This document shows positions 1 through 9,619 of a DNA stretch of 64,000 bases, in pieces; position 1 is the stretch's first letter; the number at the start of each line of letters is the position of its first letter. The notes under the pieces were generated by a model. The model was not told where the DNA came from. It saw nothing but the letters and a program-made list of their open reading frames with translations, and searched no databases. The translations under genes were made by a program, and so were the position numbers. The stretch comes from Longimicrobiales bacterium (lineage in GTDB: Bacteria > Gemmatimonadota > Gemmatimonadetes > Longimicrobiales > Gaopeijiaceae). The DNA lies in assembly GCA_041690395.1 (NCBI GenBank), contig JAWLHJ010000004.1, forward strand, positions 160,001 to 224,000. Direction: 5' to 3'.

Positions 1-76
1 CCTGGCGGAGCTTACGCGCCACGCCCTTACCGGTACCTTCGCGCTTCTCGGCGCTCAACGTCACGTTCTTCAGCAT
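1..76 (-). CDS. rplY: 50S ribosomal protein L25/Ctc, N-terminal part (runs off the window edge)
   Basis: ATG at 76 reads MLKNVTLSAEKREGTGKGVARKLRQ, the typical bL25 N-terminus; AG-rich RBS upstream; lies directly after prs. Confidence 0.9.
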   Translation of the reverse strand, partial: MLKNVTLSAEKREGTGKGVARKLRQ

Positions 77-132
77 GTTTTCTTCTCTTCCTCTGATTGT
101 CGGCCCTCGGGCTCGCCCCGAGGCCCTTTCCC

Positions 133-1098
133 TCAGTTGTCCGGAATCGCCTCGAAGAGCTGGCTCACCGACTCGTTCGAGTGCACGTGGTCGATCGCCT
201 TCGACAGGAGATCCGCCACGGAGAGGATCTTGAGGTTCGGGAACCTCTTCTCCTCCGGGATGTGGATCGTGTTGGTCACCACCATCTCTTCGAGAGGGGC
301 GGAGCTCAACCGCTCCACGGCCGGGCCCGAAAACAGCGCGTGGGTTGCTGCGGCGTACACCCGGGACGCCCCGCGATCCTTCAACGCGTGCACGGCATTG
401 GCCAGCGTGCCCGCGGTATCCACCATGTCGTCGACGATCAGGCAGTTCATCCCCTCGACCTCGCCGACCACGTTCAGGACCTCCGACATGTTCGCCTTCG
501 GACGGCGCTTGTCGATGATCGCGAAGGTGGCGTCGAGACGGCGCGCGTAGCCGCGGGCCATCTTGGCCGATCCGACGTCGGGGGCGACCACCACCAGGTT
601 GTCGAGCTCGAGGTTCCGGAAGTACTGCGTGAAGACCGGCGCCGCGTAGAGGTGGTCCACCGGGATGTCGAAGAACCCCTGGATCTGGTGCTGGTGGAAG
701 TCGATCGAGATCACCCGGTCGGCACCGGCGGCGACGATGAGGTTGGCCACCAGCTTTGCGCCGATGGCGACGCGGGGCTGGTCTTTCCGGTCCTGGCGGC
801 CGTAGCCGAAGTACGGGATGACCGCCGTGACCCGGGCCGCCGAGGCGCGCTTCGCCGCGTCGATGAGGAGCACGAGCTCCATGATGTTCTCGGCCGGCGA
901 GTTCGTGGACTGGATGATGAAGACATCCCGTCCGCGCGCGTTGCGGTCGATCCGAACGAAGATCTCTCCGTCCGCGAACTTCTTGATCGTCGCCCCATCC
1001 GGAGACTTCCCGATCTGCTCCCCGATCTCGACGGCGAGAGGTCGGTTGGCGCGGCCGCTCAGCAGGAGAAGCGGGCCTCTCCCGTAGGTGTCGTCCAT
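133..1098 (-). CDS. prs: Ribose-phosphate pyrophosphokinase
   Basis: KFADGEIFV, VIPYFGYGRQDRK, VVVAPDVG and IVDDMVDTAGT motifs; start trimmed to MDDTYGRG at 1098. Confidence 0.97.
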   Translation of the reverse strand: MDDTYGRGPLLLLSGRANRPLAVEIGEQIGKSPDGATIKKFADGEIFVRIDRNARGRDVFIIQSTNSPAENIMELVLLIDAAKRASAARVTAVIPYFGYGRQDRKDQPRVAIGAKLVANLIVAAGADRVISIDFHQHQIQGFFDIPVDHLYAAPVFTQYFRNLELDNLVVVAPDVGSAKMARGYARRLDATFAIIDKRRPKANMSEVLNVVGEVEGMNCLIVDDMVDTAGTLANAVHALKDRGASRVYAAATHALFSGPAVERLSSAPLEEMVVTNTIHIPEEKRFPNLKILSVADLLSKAIDHVHSNESVSQLFEAIPDN

Positions 1099-1141
1099 GG
1101 CTCGGAGTGTGGGGTGCGGATCAGGTGGACCAGAGCCCGAG

Positions 1142-1170
1142 AAGCTAGAAAGGACCAGCCCTAGGGTCAA
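1142..1170 (-). promoter_or_regulatory. Sigma70-type promoter for prs
   Basis: TTGACC-N17-TAGCTT on the minus strand. Confidence 0.55.
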
Positions 1171-3014
1171 CGTGGCGCGAGAGCCCGCACCTGGAAGGTC
1201 CGGGTGGCGGTCACTGGCTCCCGTCCCGCGGTCCGGAGCCGCAGACGCACCTCGTAACGCCCTGGCGCCAGGTCGGGGAGCTCCAGATCGACGGCGCGGA
1301 ACAACGGACCCGGCTCGTCGGGTCCCGCCTCCTCCCAGCCGAGCGTGAGCGGTCGAGGAGGGTCGGACAGCCCGACCAGGCCGCCCAACCGCTGGAGCAG
1401 GCTCCGGTCGAGGCGCTCGACCGAGAGATCGAAGGCCAGCGTCTCCGGCCGGAAGCCCAGGCCCGTGAGCTCCCATGCGATCCCCACGCTCTCCCCCTCC
1501 CGGACCGACGGGCGCGCCAGCGCCCGAGGCAACGCCTCGTCGAGCGACGCCGGGACGGGATCGTGGGCATCGACCAAGAGGAGGTCCGAGAGCACGGGCA
1601 GGTCTTCCGGGACCGGTGTGTGCGCCACGCCTCGACGGAGCCGTCCCGCGAGCCGTCGGGACGGGCTCCATGTCTCCACGGAAAGCACGTGGCTCCCGGA
1701 GGGGCCCTCCACACGGAGCGCTCCCTCGGCGCCGTCGACCTCCTGTGCGACGGTCACCTCGCCCGACGAGGCATCCAGGAGGAAGAGCCCTGCCCTGTCG
1801 GGAAGATCCGCCTGGTCGCCCGGCTCCGACCACGGCCGCGGGATCCCCTCGCGAGCGCGGCGCGTCGTATCCGCCGGCAGGTAGTGCGTCGCCACGACGG
1901 TGAAGGTCGGTCCGCGCGGGAAGACGGCGACCTGACCCTCCATCGGGAGGACGACCGGAGCATAGGGCGGCGCGTACAGGCTACGGGGGCGGGTCCGCGC
2001 GGCCACGTAGTCGTCCGGCACGGCGCTCGCCGGGTCGACCAGCACCCGTCCGGGCGGCAGGTAGTCGCGACCGTCCGGGTGCTTCCGGCCCACGATCCGG
2101 TCGCGCTCCGTCACGCGCCTGCTCGGCTCACGCTCCCAGCCGATCTCCCACCCGTGACGCACCAGGAGCTCCTCGAGGTCGCGCCCCCACGAGATCCCGT
2201 ACGGTGTGCGCGAGCCGTCCCGGAGCGTGGCCACCGTCCAGCGGGCGAAGTGGGCCGTCTTCCGGTCGTTCCCCTCGACCAGATGGAGCGGGTCGGCGAG
2301 CCTCCAGAGCCGGTCGGTCGTCCGGGCCACCGAGTCCGTGGTGGTCGTCCGGAGCTCTTCGAGGAAGTCGTGAGCGTCTCCGTCGACCGCGCGCACCGGG
2401 ACCCGCCAGTCCCAGGCCCGCTCGAGGTCCATCTCGTAGATCGCCACGTCGAAGGCCCGCTCGGCCTCCACCCAGCGCCCGAGGCCGTGGAGGGCCAGCC
2501 CCTCGAGCGCCGCGCACCACCAGGTCTCCTGGGGCGGCCCGCACGACCGGGCGACCTCGAGCGCATCCTCCCAGGCTCCCCTCTCGGCGCGGTACCAGAC
2601 CCGGTGGCCGAAGATCCACCCGTCCGCGGGCGCCCCGTCCTGCAGAGAGTCGAGCTCGGCGATCAGTTGGCCTCGCATCGCGTCGATCTCCGGCGCCTCG
2701 GGCTCCGGCACCCAATCCCCCTCCCCGTACCAGGTGCAGAACCGGCCGACCGTCTCGTCACAGGGACCGCTCGATCCGCCGAAGGTCCGCGGAAAGTGGC
2801 GGCCCCGACGGATCTCGTAGCGTGCCTGGGCGGCCTGGGCGGCGCCGCGCACATCGCCCGGATCCGGCATCTCGACAATCGTGTCGACCGGGAGGTCGAC
2901 GCTCTGGGCGTGGGCCACACGGGGAGCCAACGGCCACGAAACAGGCAGAGCCGCGACCAGCAGGAGGCCGATCGCGCGCTTCGAAGGGGAGCGGGTCAGG
3001 ATACGTTGCTTCAC
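1167..3014 (-). CDS. Exported hypothetical protein, GWxTD-domain-like central region and Ig-like C-terminus
   Basis: Signal peptide ending AHA-Q; LWRLADPLHLVEGNDRKTAHFARW resembles the W-x-x-x-DP...N-x-R...H-x-x-R segment of GWxTD proteins; C-terminal LAPGRYEVRL strand; start (GTG 3014) uncertain. Confidence 0.6.
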   Translation of the reverse strand: MKQRILTRSPSKRAIGLLLVAALPVSWPLAPRVAHAQSVDLPVDTIVEMPDPGDVRGAAQAAQARYEIRRGRHFPRTFGGSSGPCDETVGRFCTWYGEGDWVPEPEAPEIDAMRGQLIAELDSLQDGAPADGWIFGHRVWYRAERGAWEDALEVARSCGPPQETWWCAALEGLALHGLGRWVEAERAFDVAIYEMDLERAWDWRVPVRAVDGDAHDFLEELRTTTTDSVARTTDRLWRLADPLHLVEGNDRKTAHFARWTVATLRDGSRTPYGISWGRDLEELLVRHGWEIGWEREPSRRVTERDRIVGRKHPDGRDYLPPGRVLVDPASAVPDDYVAARTRPRSLYAPPYAPVVLPMEGQVAVFPRGPTFTVVATHYLPADTTRRAREGIPRPWSEPGDQADLPDRAGLFLLDASSGEVTVAQEVDGAEGALRVEGPSGSHVLSVETWSPSRRLAGRLRRGVAHTPVPEDLPVLSDLLLVDAHDPVPASLDEALPRALARPSVREGESVGIAWELTGLGFRPETLAFDLSVERLDRSLLQRLGGLVGLSDPPRPLTLGWEEAGPDEPGPLFRAVDLELPDLAPGRYEVRLRLRTAGREPVTATRTFQVRALAPR

Positions 3015-3105
3015 ACTCCCGAGAATGCGCGGACCGAGGCTCGCGCGCCACCAGCCGCCACTCGACATCGACACCGACGGACGCGACCGGGCCGCGGAGG
3101 GAGGA

Positions 3106-3176
3106 TTGGCCCGGGTGGATTCGAACCACCACCGCCGGTTCCAAAGACCGGTGTCCTGCCATTAGACGACGGGCCA
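3106..3176 (-). tRNA. tRNA-Gln(TTG), CCA not encoded
   Basis: TGGCCCG/CGGGCCA acceptor stem, anticodon loop CT-TTG-GA, GGTTCGAATCC T-arm; classic position after ispE. Confidence 0.96.
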
Positions 3177-3184
3177 GCACGCAC

Positions 3185-3214
3185 ATCCTACCGGAGAACG
3201 ACGTCCGCGTTCAA
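3185..3214 (-). promoter_or_regulatory. Sigma70-type promoter for tRNA-Gln
   Basis: TTGAAC-N18-TAGGAT, ending 8 nt before the tRNA. Confidence 0.5.
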
Positions 3215-4161
3215 GGCCCGTCCGGCGGTGGGTCGCTCTCATGCCGCGCTCGGGACGCCGCATCCCGAGGCTCGGCATCCACGTCTCGGCTCGGGCCGGG
3301 CCACTGCGTCAGGGTCCGCGCAGCGACGAACGGCCAGCCGAGCTCGAGCGTGAGCTCGTCGGCCACGCGCTCGGCGGCCTCACGGTTCGGGAAGAACCCG
3401 AAGGACGCCGCCCCGCTGCCCGAGAGCAGCGCCCCGGACGCGCCGGCCTCCTCGAGCGCGCTCAAGGACCGCGCGACCTCCGGGTGCGCCGCGGCCACGA
3501 CGGGCTGGAAGTCGTTCACCAGCCCGGCGAGAACGGAACCCCAGTCGGACGGAGCACCCTCTCTTCCGCTGGGCCCCCCGCCGGCTGCGGGCTTCCACGC
3601 CCGTCGGCCGAGCGCCTTGTAGGCCTCCGCCGTGGACATGTGCACACCAGGGAGAGCGAGCACGAGGTCCGCCGCCGGCAGCGCTCGGTACGGCGTGAGG
3701 ACCTCGCCACGGCCCGTGCCCTTCGCCAGCGGGCTCGCGCCGAGGAAGAAGGGGACGTCGGATCCGAGCTTCGCGCCCAGACGCATGAGCTCCCCGGGAG
3801 GCGGCGGGAACGGGGACAGCCACGAAAGCGCCCTCAGGACCGCGGCGGCGTCCGACGACCCGCCCCCCATCCCCGCCCCGGCCGGAACCCATTTGGTGAG
3901 CTCGATGTGCACCCCCTGCGTCTCCCCGAACGCCTCGAGGAAGAGCTCGGCCGCTCGGTAGGCGAGGTTCTTCTCGGTCGGACCGAGATCCGGTCCCCGC
4001 ACCTCGAGTGAGAGACCCCGGCCGCCACGACTCACCCTCAGCTCGTCACCCAGGTCGAGTGCCTGGAACAGCGTCCGGATCTCGTGGAAGCCGTCCTCGC
4101 GCCGGCCGAGTACCCGGAGCGACAGATTCACCTTTGCGGGCGCGGCGACCCGGAGGCTCAC
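3211..4161 (-). CDS. ispE: 4-diphosphocytidyl-2-C-methyl-D-erythritol kinase
   Basis: APAKVNLSL, PAGAGMGGGSSDAA, LGSDVPFF and LSGSG motifs; GTG start overlaps the upstream stop (GTGA). Confidence 0.95.
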   Translation of the reverse strand: MSLRVAAPAKVNLSLRVLGRREDGFHEIRTLFQALDLGDELRVSRGGRGLSLEVRGPDLGPTEKNLAYRAAELFLEAFGETQGVHIELTKWVPAGAGMGGGSSDAAAVLRALSWLSPFPPPPGELMRLGAKLGSDVPFFLGASPLAKGTGRGEVLTPYRALPAADLVLALPGVHMSTAEAYKALGRRAWKPAAGGGPSGREGAPSDWGSVLAGLVNDFQPVVAAAHPEVARSLSALEEAGASGALLSGSGAASFGFFPNREAAERVADELTLELGWPFVAARTLTQWPGPSRDVDAEPRDAASRARHESDPPPDGP

Positions 4162-5261
4162 GGCCCGGGCGCTCCGTCCCGGACTTCGGGCCCATCCCCG
4201 CCCTCGGCGACCTCGAGCGCGGTCAGGCCGATCTCCTGCTCTACCGCATCCTCGACCCGCTCCTCGGCCGCGCCCATCTCGCTCACCGACAGCCCGAGCC
4301 GCCACGTGTACCAGAGCCCGATGAGCGTGATCGGGATCCATCCGCCGAAGTGGTAGCCGAAGGCGAACGCCAACGACTCGGCCTCCGCGACACCGTATAC
4401 ATCGCTGAGGGCGAACTTGGCCGCCGCGTGGAACGTCCCGAAGAACCCGGGCGCCGACGGGATGGCCACGCCGAACCCGACCACGGCCTCGGTGAAGATC
4501 GCCGACACGAAGCCCGTGTCGATGCCGAAAGCCAACATCCCGAGCCAGAACGACAGCCCGTGCCAGGTCCAGAAGAAGAGCGACCAGAGAGCCCCGGCTA
4601 CCAGGAGCCTGGGCCGACGCAGGATCGCCACCGAATCGAGGAACGCCTCGAGCGAATCGACGAGCGGACGGGCGACGGCCTCCGGAAGGAAGCGCGCGAC
4701 CCGCTCGACAGTCCGCACGAACGGGGCCGGCCAGACCGAGAGCCAGATCAGCAGTGCGAGCACGGCCAGGACGGCGAGGACGCCGGCCCGGAGCAGCGCG
4801 CTACCCCACCCCTCCGTGAGCGCTCCGGCCGCTGGGAATCCCGGCGTGAGCACCGGCAGCACGAGGAAGAGCAACAGGATGATCCCGTCCATCAGCCGCT
4901 CGACGACGAGCGAGCCCAGGGCGGCCGGCGCGCTGACGGGCTCCATGCGGCTGAACGCGTAGGCCCGGGCGAACTCTCCGACCCTGGCCGGGAGCACGTT
5001 GTTCATCATGAACCCGATCGAGACGCTGGCGAAGCGCGATCGGAGCTTCGTGTCGGGCTTCACCGGCACGAGGAGAACGCGCCAGCGGAGCGCCCGGATG
5101 AAGAAGCCGAACGTGGCGACGAACACCGACGCGCCGAGCAGCCAGAAGTTGCCCCGGCGGATGTTGGCCCATACTTCGGCGAACGCCACGTCGGCGAGCG
5201 CCCACCAGAGCAACAGGCCCGTGACGACGAGCCCGAAGAGCGCCTTCCCCCAGTGCTTCAC
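4158..5261 (-). CDS. Lysylphosphatidylglycerol synthase TM-domain / flippase-like membrane protein (UPF0104)
   Basis: Multiple TM helices; [28 protein letters not shown] and IPSAPGFFG motifs. Confidence 0.85.
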   Translation of the reverse strand: MKHWGKALFGLVVTGLLLWWALADVAFAEVWANIRRGNFWLLGASVFVATFGFFIRALRWRVLLVPVKPDTKLRSRFASVSIGFMMNNVLPARVGEFARAYAFSRMEPVSAPAALGSLVVERLMDGIILLLFLVLPVLTPGFPAAGALTEGWGSALLRAGVLAVLAVLALLIWLSVWPAPFVRTVERVARFLPEAVARPLVDSLEAFLDSVAILRRPRLLVAGALWSLFFWTWHGLSFWLGMLAFGIDTGFVSAIFTEAVVGFGVAIPSAPGFFGTFHAAAKFALSDVYGVAEAESLAFAFGYHFGGWIPITLIGLWYTWRLGLSVSEMGAAEERVEDAVEQEIGLTALEVAEGGDGPEVRDGAPGP

Positions 5262-5992
5262 GTGCCGACGCGGGCCCTGCGAATGAGCTCGGCCATGTCC
5301 CTCACCGCGCGCTCGATGCCCGTGAAGATGGAGCGGGACACGATGCTGTGCCCGATGTTGAGCTCCTCGATCTCGGGGATGGCCGCCACAGGTGTGACGT
5401 TCTCGTAGGTGAGCCCGTGGCCGGCGTGCACCGCGACGCCCAGCTCCCGGCCGAGCGCGGCGGCACGGGCGAGGCGGTCACGCTGTGCCGCGTGCGCGAG
5501 GGCGTCGGCCGCGTTCGCATACTCGCCCGTGTGCAATTCGATGGCGTCGGCGCCGAGGTCGACGGACGCCCGAATGGCGTCCTCGTCGGGATCGATGAAG
5601 AGCGACGTACGCACACCGGCGTCGGCGAGCCGCTCGAGCGCGGGGCGGACCCAGGCCAGGGTCCGCTCGGACGTCAGGTCCAGACCGCCCTCCGTCGTGA
5701 TCTCCTCGCGCTTCTCCGGCACGAGTGTGGCCTGCATGGGCCGAAGAGAGCACGTCAGCTCCAGGATCTCAGAGGCGCCCGCGAGCTCCAGGTTCACGCC
5801 TGTCCGGGAGGTCTCCGTCAGAAGCCGGACGTCGCGGTCCTGGATGTGCCTCCGGTCCTCCCGCAGGTGGACCGTGATGCCGTCCGCGCCGCCGAGCTCG
5901 GCCAGCACCACCGCCCGCACCGGATCGGGCTCGTCGGTCCGTCGCGCCTGACGGACCGTCGCGACGTGATCGATGTTCACGTAGAACCTCAT
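5258..5992 (-). CDS. pdxJ: Pyridoxine 5'-phosphate synthase
   Basis: [37 protein letters not shown] and NIGHSI motifs. Confidence 0.97.
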   Translation of the reverse strand: MRFYVNIDHVATVRQARRTDEPDPVRAVVLAELGGADGITVHLREDRRHIQDRDVRLLTETSRTGVNLELAGASEILELTCSLRPMQATLVPEKREEITTEGGLDLTSERTLAWVRPALERLADAGVRTSLFIDPDEDAIRASVDLGADAIELHTGEYANAADALAHAAQRDRLARAAALGRELGVAVHAGHGLTYENVTPVAAIPEIEELNIGHSIVSRSIFTGIERAVRDMAELIRRARVGT

Positions 5993-6019
5993 CCTCGACC
6001 CCACTTCTTCGGCACCGTT

Positions 6020-6880
6020 CTACTCCTGCGAGATGTGTTCGTAGGCCGGCACCGGCGTGGCGTCGGCTTCGCGGTCACGGATTCTCCGCCCGGCGATCGC
6101 CAGCAGCCACTCGTAGAGCTGGCGTTCTTCCCCCTCGAGCGCGCGCAGATGAACACCGGACGCGTCCGGATCCACGCGCGCCAGGACCGCGGCAAGAGCC
6201 TGGTCCACGCCGTGCTCCTGCACCTCGTCGAGCACGCTCCTCAGGAGCGGAACGAGCGCGGCGGCGGCTTCGTCGCCGGGCACACCGGCCTGCTCCAGCA
6301 ACGGAGCGATCGTCTCGATGAGGACCGGGATCGCCATGGAGGCACCGGCGACCGCCGCGTCGGCAGCCGCCCGTCGGGCGGCCGGAATGGTCACCACATA
6401 AGCTCCGATCAGCGACGCGAGCTCCGCGGCGGTGCGCGTGGCCTCGGGCGACGCCGTCACCCCGATCGCGGCCCCGCGGAAGCGGTCCGCGCCGAGCGGC
6501 GTTCCGGGCGCCAGCACCCAGGGGTGGAAGACGCCAACCTGGTAGCCGGCGGCGTGGAGCGGTGCAAGGACGTCGGTCGGGAGGGCGCCGGACAGGTGGA
6601 ACGCCGAGCACCCTTCGGGGGCGGGTCCCTGCGCGGCCACCTGATGCGCGACCTCGGGCATCGCGGCCTCGGGGACGGCCAGCAACACCGCCATACAGTG
6701 GCCCGCGACCGGCTCCAGCCCGTACACGTAGCGTACGTCCGGGGCCGAGAAGATCGGGTGCGCGGGCGGCTCGGGGCGACGACCGTACACGGTCACCTCC
6801 AGGAGCTCCTCCGAGCGTCGGAGAGCGTCGGCAAGGGCCAGCCCCATGCGTCCCGGCCCGACCACGGCGACGCTCCTCAC
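6020..6880 (-). CDS. Rossmann-fold oxidoreductase-like protein, DUF2520 family
   Basis: VVGPGRMG nucleotide-binding start, FHLSGA and FHP motifs; GTG start coupled to the hflX stop. Confidence 0.75.
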   Translation of the reverse strand: MRSVAVVGPGRMGLALADALRRSEELLEVTVYGRRPEPPAHPIFSAPDVRYVYGLEPVAGHCMAVLLAVPEAAMPEVAHQVAAQGPAPEGCSAFHLSGALPTDVLAPLHAAGYQVGVFHPWVLAPGTPLGADRFRGAAIGVTASPEATRTAAELASLIGAYVVTIPAARRAAADAAVAGASMAIPVLIETIAPLLEQAGVPGDEAAAALVPLLRSVLDEVQEHGVDQALAAVLARVDPDASGVHLRALEGEERQLYEWLLAIAGRRIRDREADATPVPAYEHISQE

Positions 6881-8181
6881 GACGGGATCTCCTCTACCGT
6901 CACGTCCGCGCGCCCCGCCAGCCATCCCTTGAGCGCGTCGGGAACACGGGCTTCGACCCGAACGCGCGTGCCCTCGCCCGTACGCTCGATCACCTCGGCC
7001 TCGCGATACAGAGCCGCGAGCCCCTCCCCATCGCCGGCGCCGAGCTCCACGCGCACGTGGGACAGCCGGGCGCGGCTTCGGGCGCGCAGCGTCTCCTTGA
7101 GCGGCTCGAGCGAGTCGTCACGGAGAGCCGACACGAACACGGCCGGCGTGGACTCCAGCGCCCTGACGCGGGCCTGGAGCGCGTCCTCCTCGGCGTGGGT
7201 CAGCCGGTCCATCTTGTTGAACACCAGGATCATGGTCCGATCCTGAAGCTCGAGGTCCTCGAGGACGGTCTCGACGACCTCGCGCTGCTCTTCCCAGTCC
7301 GGGTGGGACGCGTCGATGACGTGCAGCAGCACGTCGGCCTCCCGTGCCTCTTCGAGCGTCGACCGGAACGACGCGACGAGGTGGTGGGGGAGCTTGCGGA
7401 TGAAGCCGACCGTGTCGGTCACGAGGACGTCGTAGCCGCTGCCGAGCTCGACCGTGCGGGTCGCGGAATCGAGCGTGGCGAAGAGTCGATCCTCGACGAA
7501 CAGGTCCGAGCCGGACATGGCCCGGAGCAACGACGACTTACCGGCGTTCGTGTAGCCCACCAGGGCCGCCCGGAACTTCCCCTGCCGGGCCTTCCGCTGC
7601 GTCTCGCGCGCCTTTCCGACGGTGCGGAGCTTGTCGCGGAGATCGGCGATGCGCGTGCCGATGAGGCGTCGGTCGGTCTCGAGCTGTGTCTCGCCGGGAC
7701 CCCTCAGGCCGATGCCGCCCCGGATCCGCGAAAGGTGGCTCCACATACGTCGGAGCCGGGGGAGCAGGTATTGCAGCTGGGCCAGCTCGACCTGCATGCG
7801 CGCTTCCCTGGAGCGGGCCCGGGTCGCGAAGATGTCGAGGATGAGCTCGGACCGGTCCATGACGCGCACCTCGAGCAGCTCCTCGAGGTTCTTTCCCTGG
7901 GCGGGACTGAGCTCCTCGTCGAAGATGACCAGGTCGGCCTCGCGCTCCTGGACCAGGTCACGGAGCTGCTTCGCCTTGCCTTCGCCGATGTAGAAGCGGG
8001 GCTGAGGGTGGTCGAGGCGCTGCACGATCGTCCCCACGACCTTGCCGCCCGCGGTGTCCGTGAGGCGCGCCAACTCCTCGAGATGCTCCTCCACGAGCCG
8101 AGCGTCCACGTCCTGGACGGGAGCACCGACCAGCACCGCTCGATCCACGGGCGTGCGGAGGTCGATCAGCTGAGTGGGAAT
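6877..8181 (-). CDS. hflX: GTPase HflX (start uncertain: ATT 8181, CTG 8169 or GTG 8148)
   Basis: ILDIFATRA, GPGETQLETDRR, GYTNAGKS, LFATLD, DTVGF and NKMD motifs. Confidence 0.95.
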   Translation of the reverse strand: MPTQLIDLRTPVDRAVLVGAPVQDVDARLVEEHLEELARLTDTAGGKVVGTIVQRLDHPQPRFYIGEGKAKQLRDLVQEREADLVIFDEELSPAQGKNLEELLEVRVMDRSELILDIFATRARSREARMQVELAQLQYLLPRLRRMWSHLSRIRGGIGLRGPGETQLETDRRLIGTRIADLRDKLRTVGKARETQRKARQGKFRAALVGYTNAGKSSLLRAMSGSDLFVEDRLFATLDSATRTVELGSGYDVLVTDTVGFIRKLPHHLVASFRSTLEEAREADVLLHVIDASHPDWEEQREVVETVLEDLELQDRTMILVFNKMDRLTHAEEDALQARVRALESTPAVFVSALRDDSLEPLKETLRARSRARLSHVRVELGAGDGEGLAALYREAEVIERTGEGTRVRVEARVPDALKGWLAGRADVTVEEIPS

Positions 8182-8222
8182 GCGAGGAGGCTCCTGGCGT
8201 TGAACGGCGTAGCGAAGGTCAT
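8166..8222 (-). other. Candidate leaderless uORF MTFATPFNARSLLAFPLS overlapping the hflX start
   Basis: ATG lies 6 nt after the -10 TATTCT; its TGA overlaps an in-frame hflX CTG. Confidence 0.4.
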
Positions 8223-8228
8223 ACAGGA

Positions 8229-8258
8229 AGAATAGCCAAGGTCGCGGCCAATGCTCAA
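8229..8258 (-). promoter_or_regulatory. Sigma70-type promoter upstream of hflX
   Basis: TTGAGC-N18-TATTCT. Confidence 0.5.
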
Positions 8259-9619
8259 TCGCCTTCGGGCGTCTTGCCCGACCGGCGCTCGGCCCACCAG
8301 GCCAGCCGCTCGCGGATGGTCTTCTCGAACCCGAACCGGCCCGGATCGTAGAAGCGGGTCCCCTCGAGCTGCTCCGGGAGGTACCGCTGGCTCGAAACAC
8401 CGTGCTCCGTGGCCGGGTCGTACTGGTAGCCGTCGCCGTATCCCAGCTCCTTCATGAGCCCTGTCGGCGCGTTCCGTATGTGGAGCGGGACAGGGGCGGC
8501 CGGCGTATCGCGCGCGACCCGGAGCGCCTCCGACCACCCTTCGTAGACGCGGTTCGACTTGGGCGCGGTCGCGAGGTAGACCGCTGCCTGGGCCAGGGCC
8601 AGGTCGCCTTCCGGCGAGCCCAGGAAGTGATACGCGTCCCGTGCGGCCACGGTCACGTCGAGGGCACGCGGGTCGGCGAGCCCGATGTCCTCGATGGCCA
8701 TGCGCACCATACGCCGCGCGATGTAGAGCGGATCCTCACCGCCCTCGATCATGCGCGCGAGCCAGTAGAGAGCGGCGTCCGGATCGCTTCCGCGCACCGA
8801 CTTGTGAAGGGCCGAGATGAGGTTGTAATGCTCCTCGCCCCCCTTGTCGTAGGCCGCGAATCGGTGCTGAAGCGCCTCGCGCGCGACGTCGATGTCGAGC
8901 GTGCCGCCGGAGCCCGCGAGGCCCGCGGCGGCCTCCAGCGCCCCCAGCGCGCGGCGGGCGTCTCCGTCCGCGGCCGCCGCCAGGAAGTCGAGCGCGTCGG
9001 GCTCGGCCCGGACGCCCGCGGCGCCGAGTCCCCGGTCCTCGTCCACGAGCGCTTCCTCGAGGATCTCACGCACGTCGTCCGGTGAGAGCGGCTCCAGCAC
9101 GTAGACCGGGGCACGGGACAGGAGCGGCCGCACCACCTCGAACGACGGGTTCTCGGTCGTGGCCCCGACCAGGACGACGGTCCCCGACTCCACATGCGGC
9201 AGGAAGGCGTCCTGCTGGGCCTTGTTGAACCGGTGGATCTCGTCGCAGAACAGGATCGTGCGGCGACCCGTGGCGCGCAGACGTTCGTCCGCCTCCGCCA
9301 TGATCTGCCGGACACGCGGGATCCCCTCGGTCACGGCGCTCAGCGAGACGAACGAAAGACCCGTCTTCCGCGCGATCAGACGCGCGAGCGTCGTCTTGCC
9401 GCTACCCGGAGGGCCCCAGAGGATCATGCTTCCGGGTTGGCCACGCTCGAGCATCGCTCGGATGGCCCGGCCCTCGCCCAGGAGGTGGTCCTGCCCGCGG
9501 AACTCCTCGAGCGACCGAGGCCGCATCCGCGCGGCCAGTGGCGCGCCCGGACCCGGCTCGTCGGGTGACTCGGCGGGTCCGGTTCCGCCCGCGCCGCCGA
9601 ACAGATCGGGCTCAGGCAC
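8255..9619 (-). CDS. rarA: Replication-associated recombination protein A (AAA+ ATPase, MgsA)
   Basis: [40 protein letters not shown] and APKSN motifs. Confidence 0.95.
   Translation of the reverse strand: MPEPDLFGGAGGTGPAESPDEPGPGAPLAARMRPRSLEEFRGQDHLLGEGRAIRAMLERGQPGSMILWGPPGSGKTTLARLIARKTGLSFVSLSAVTEGIPRVRQIMAEADERLRATGRRTILFCDEIHRFNKAQQDAFLPHVESGTVVLVGATTENPSFEVVRPLLSRAPVYVLEPLSPDDVREILEEALVDEDRGLGAAGVRAEPDALDFLAAAADGDARRALGALEAAAGLAGSGGTLDIDVAREALQHRFAAYDKGGEEHYNLISALHKSVRGSDPDAALYWLARMIEGGEDPLYIARRMVRMAIEDIGLADPRALDVTVAARDAYHFLGSPEGDLALAQAAVYLATAPKSNRVYEGWSEALRVARDTPAAPVPLHIRNAPTGLMKELGYGDGYQYDPATEHGVSSQRYLPEQLEGTRFYDPGRFGFEKTIRERLAWWAERRSGKTPEGD

Noticed and set aside
133..1833. Long N-terminal extensions in the ORF track (prs, ispE, cca, gmhA, maf, lepA, M16 and others)
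   Set aside because: They overlap upstream genes in other frames; the real starts sit at motif boundaries, often with GTGA/ATGA overlaps.
1100..3106. Possible island integrated at the tRNA-Gln 3' end
   Set aside because: No integrase, no duplicated tRNA 3' end and no visible compositional shift.
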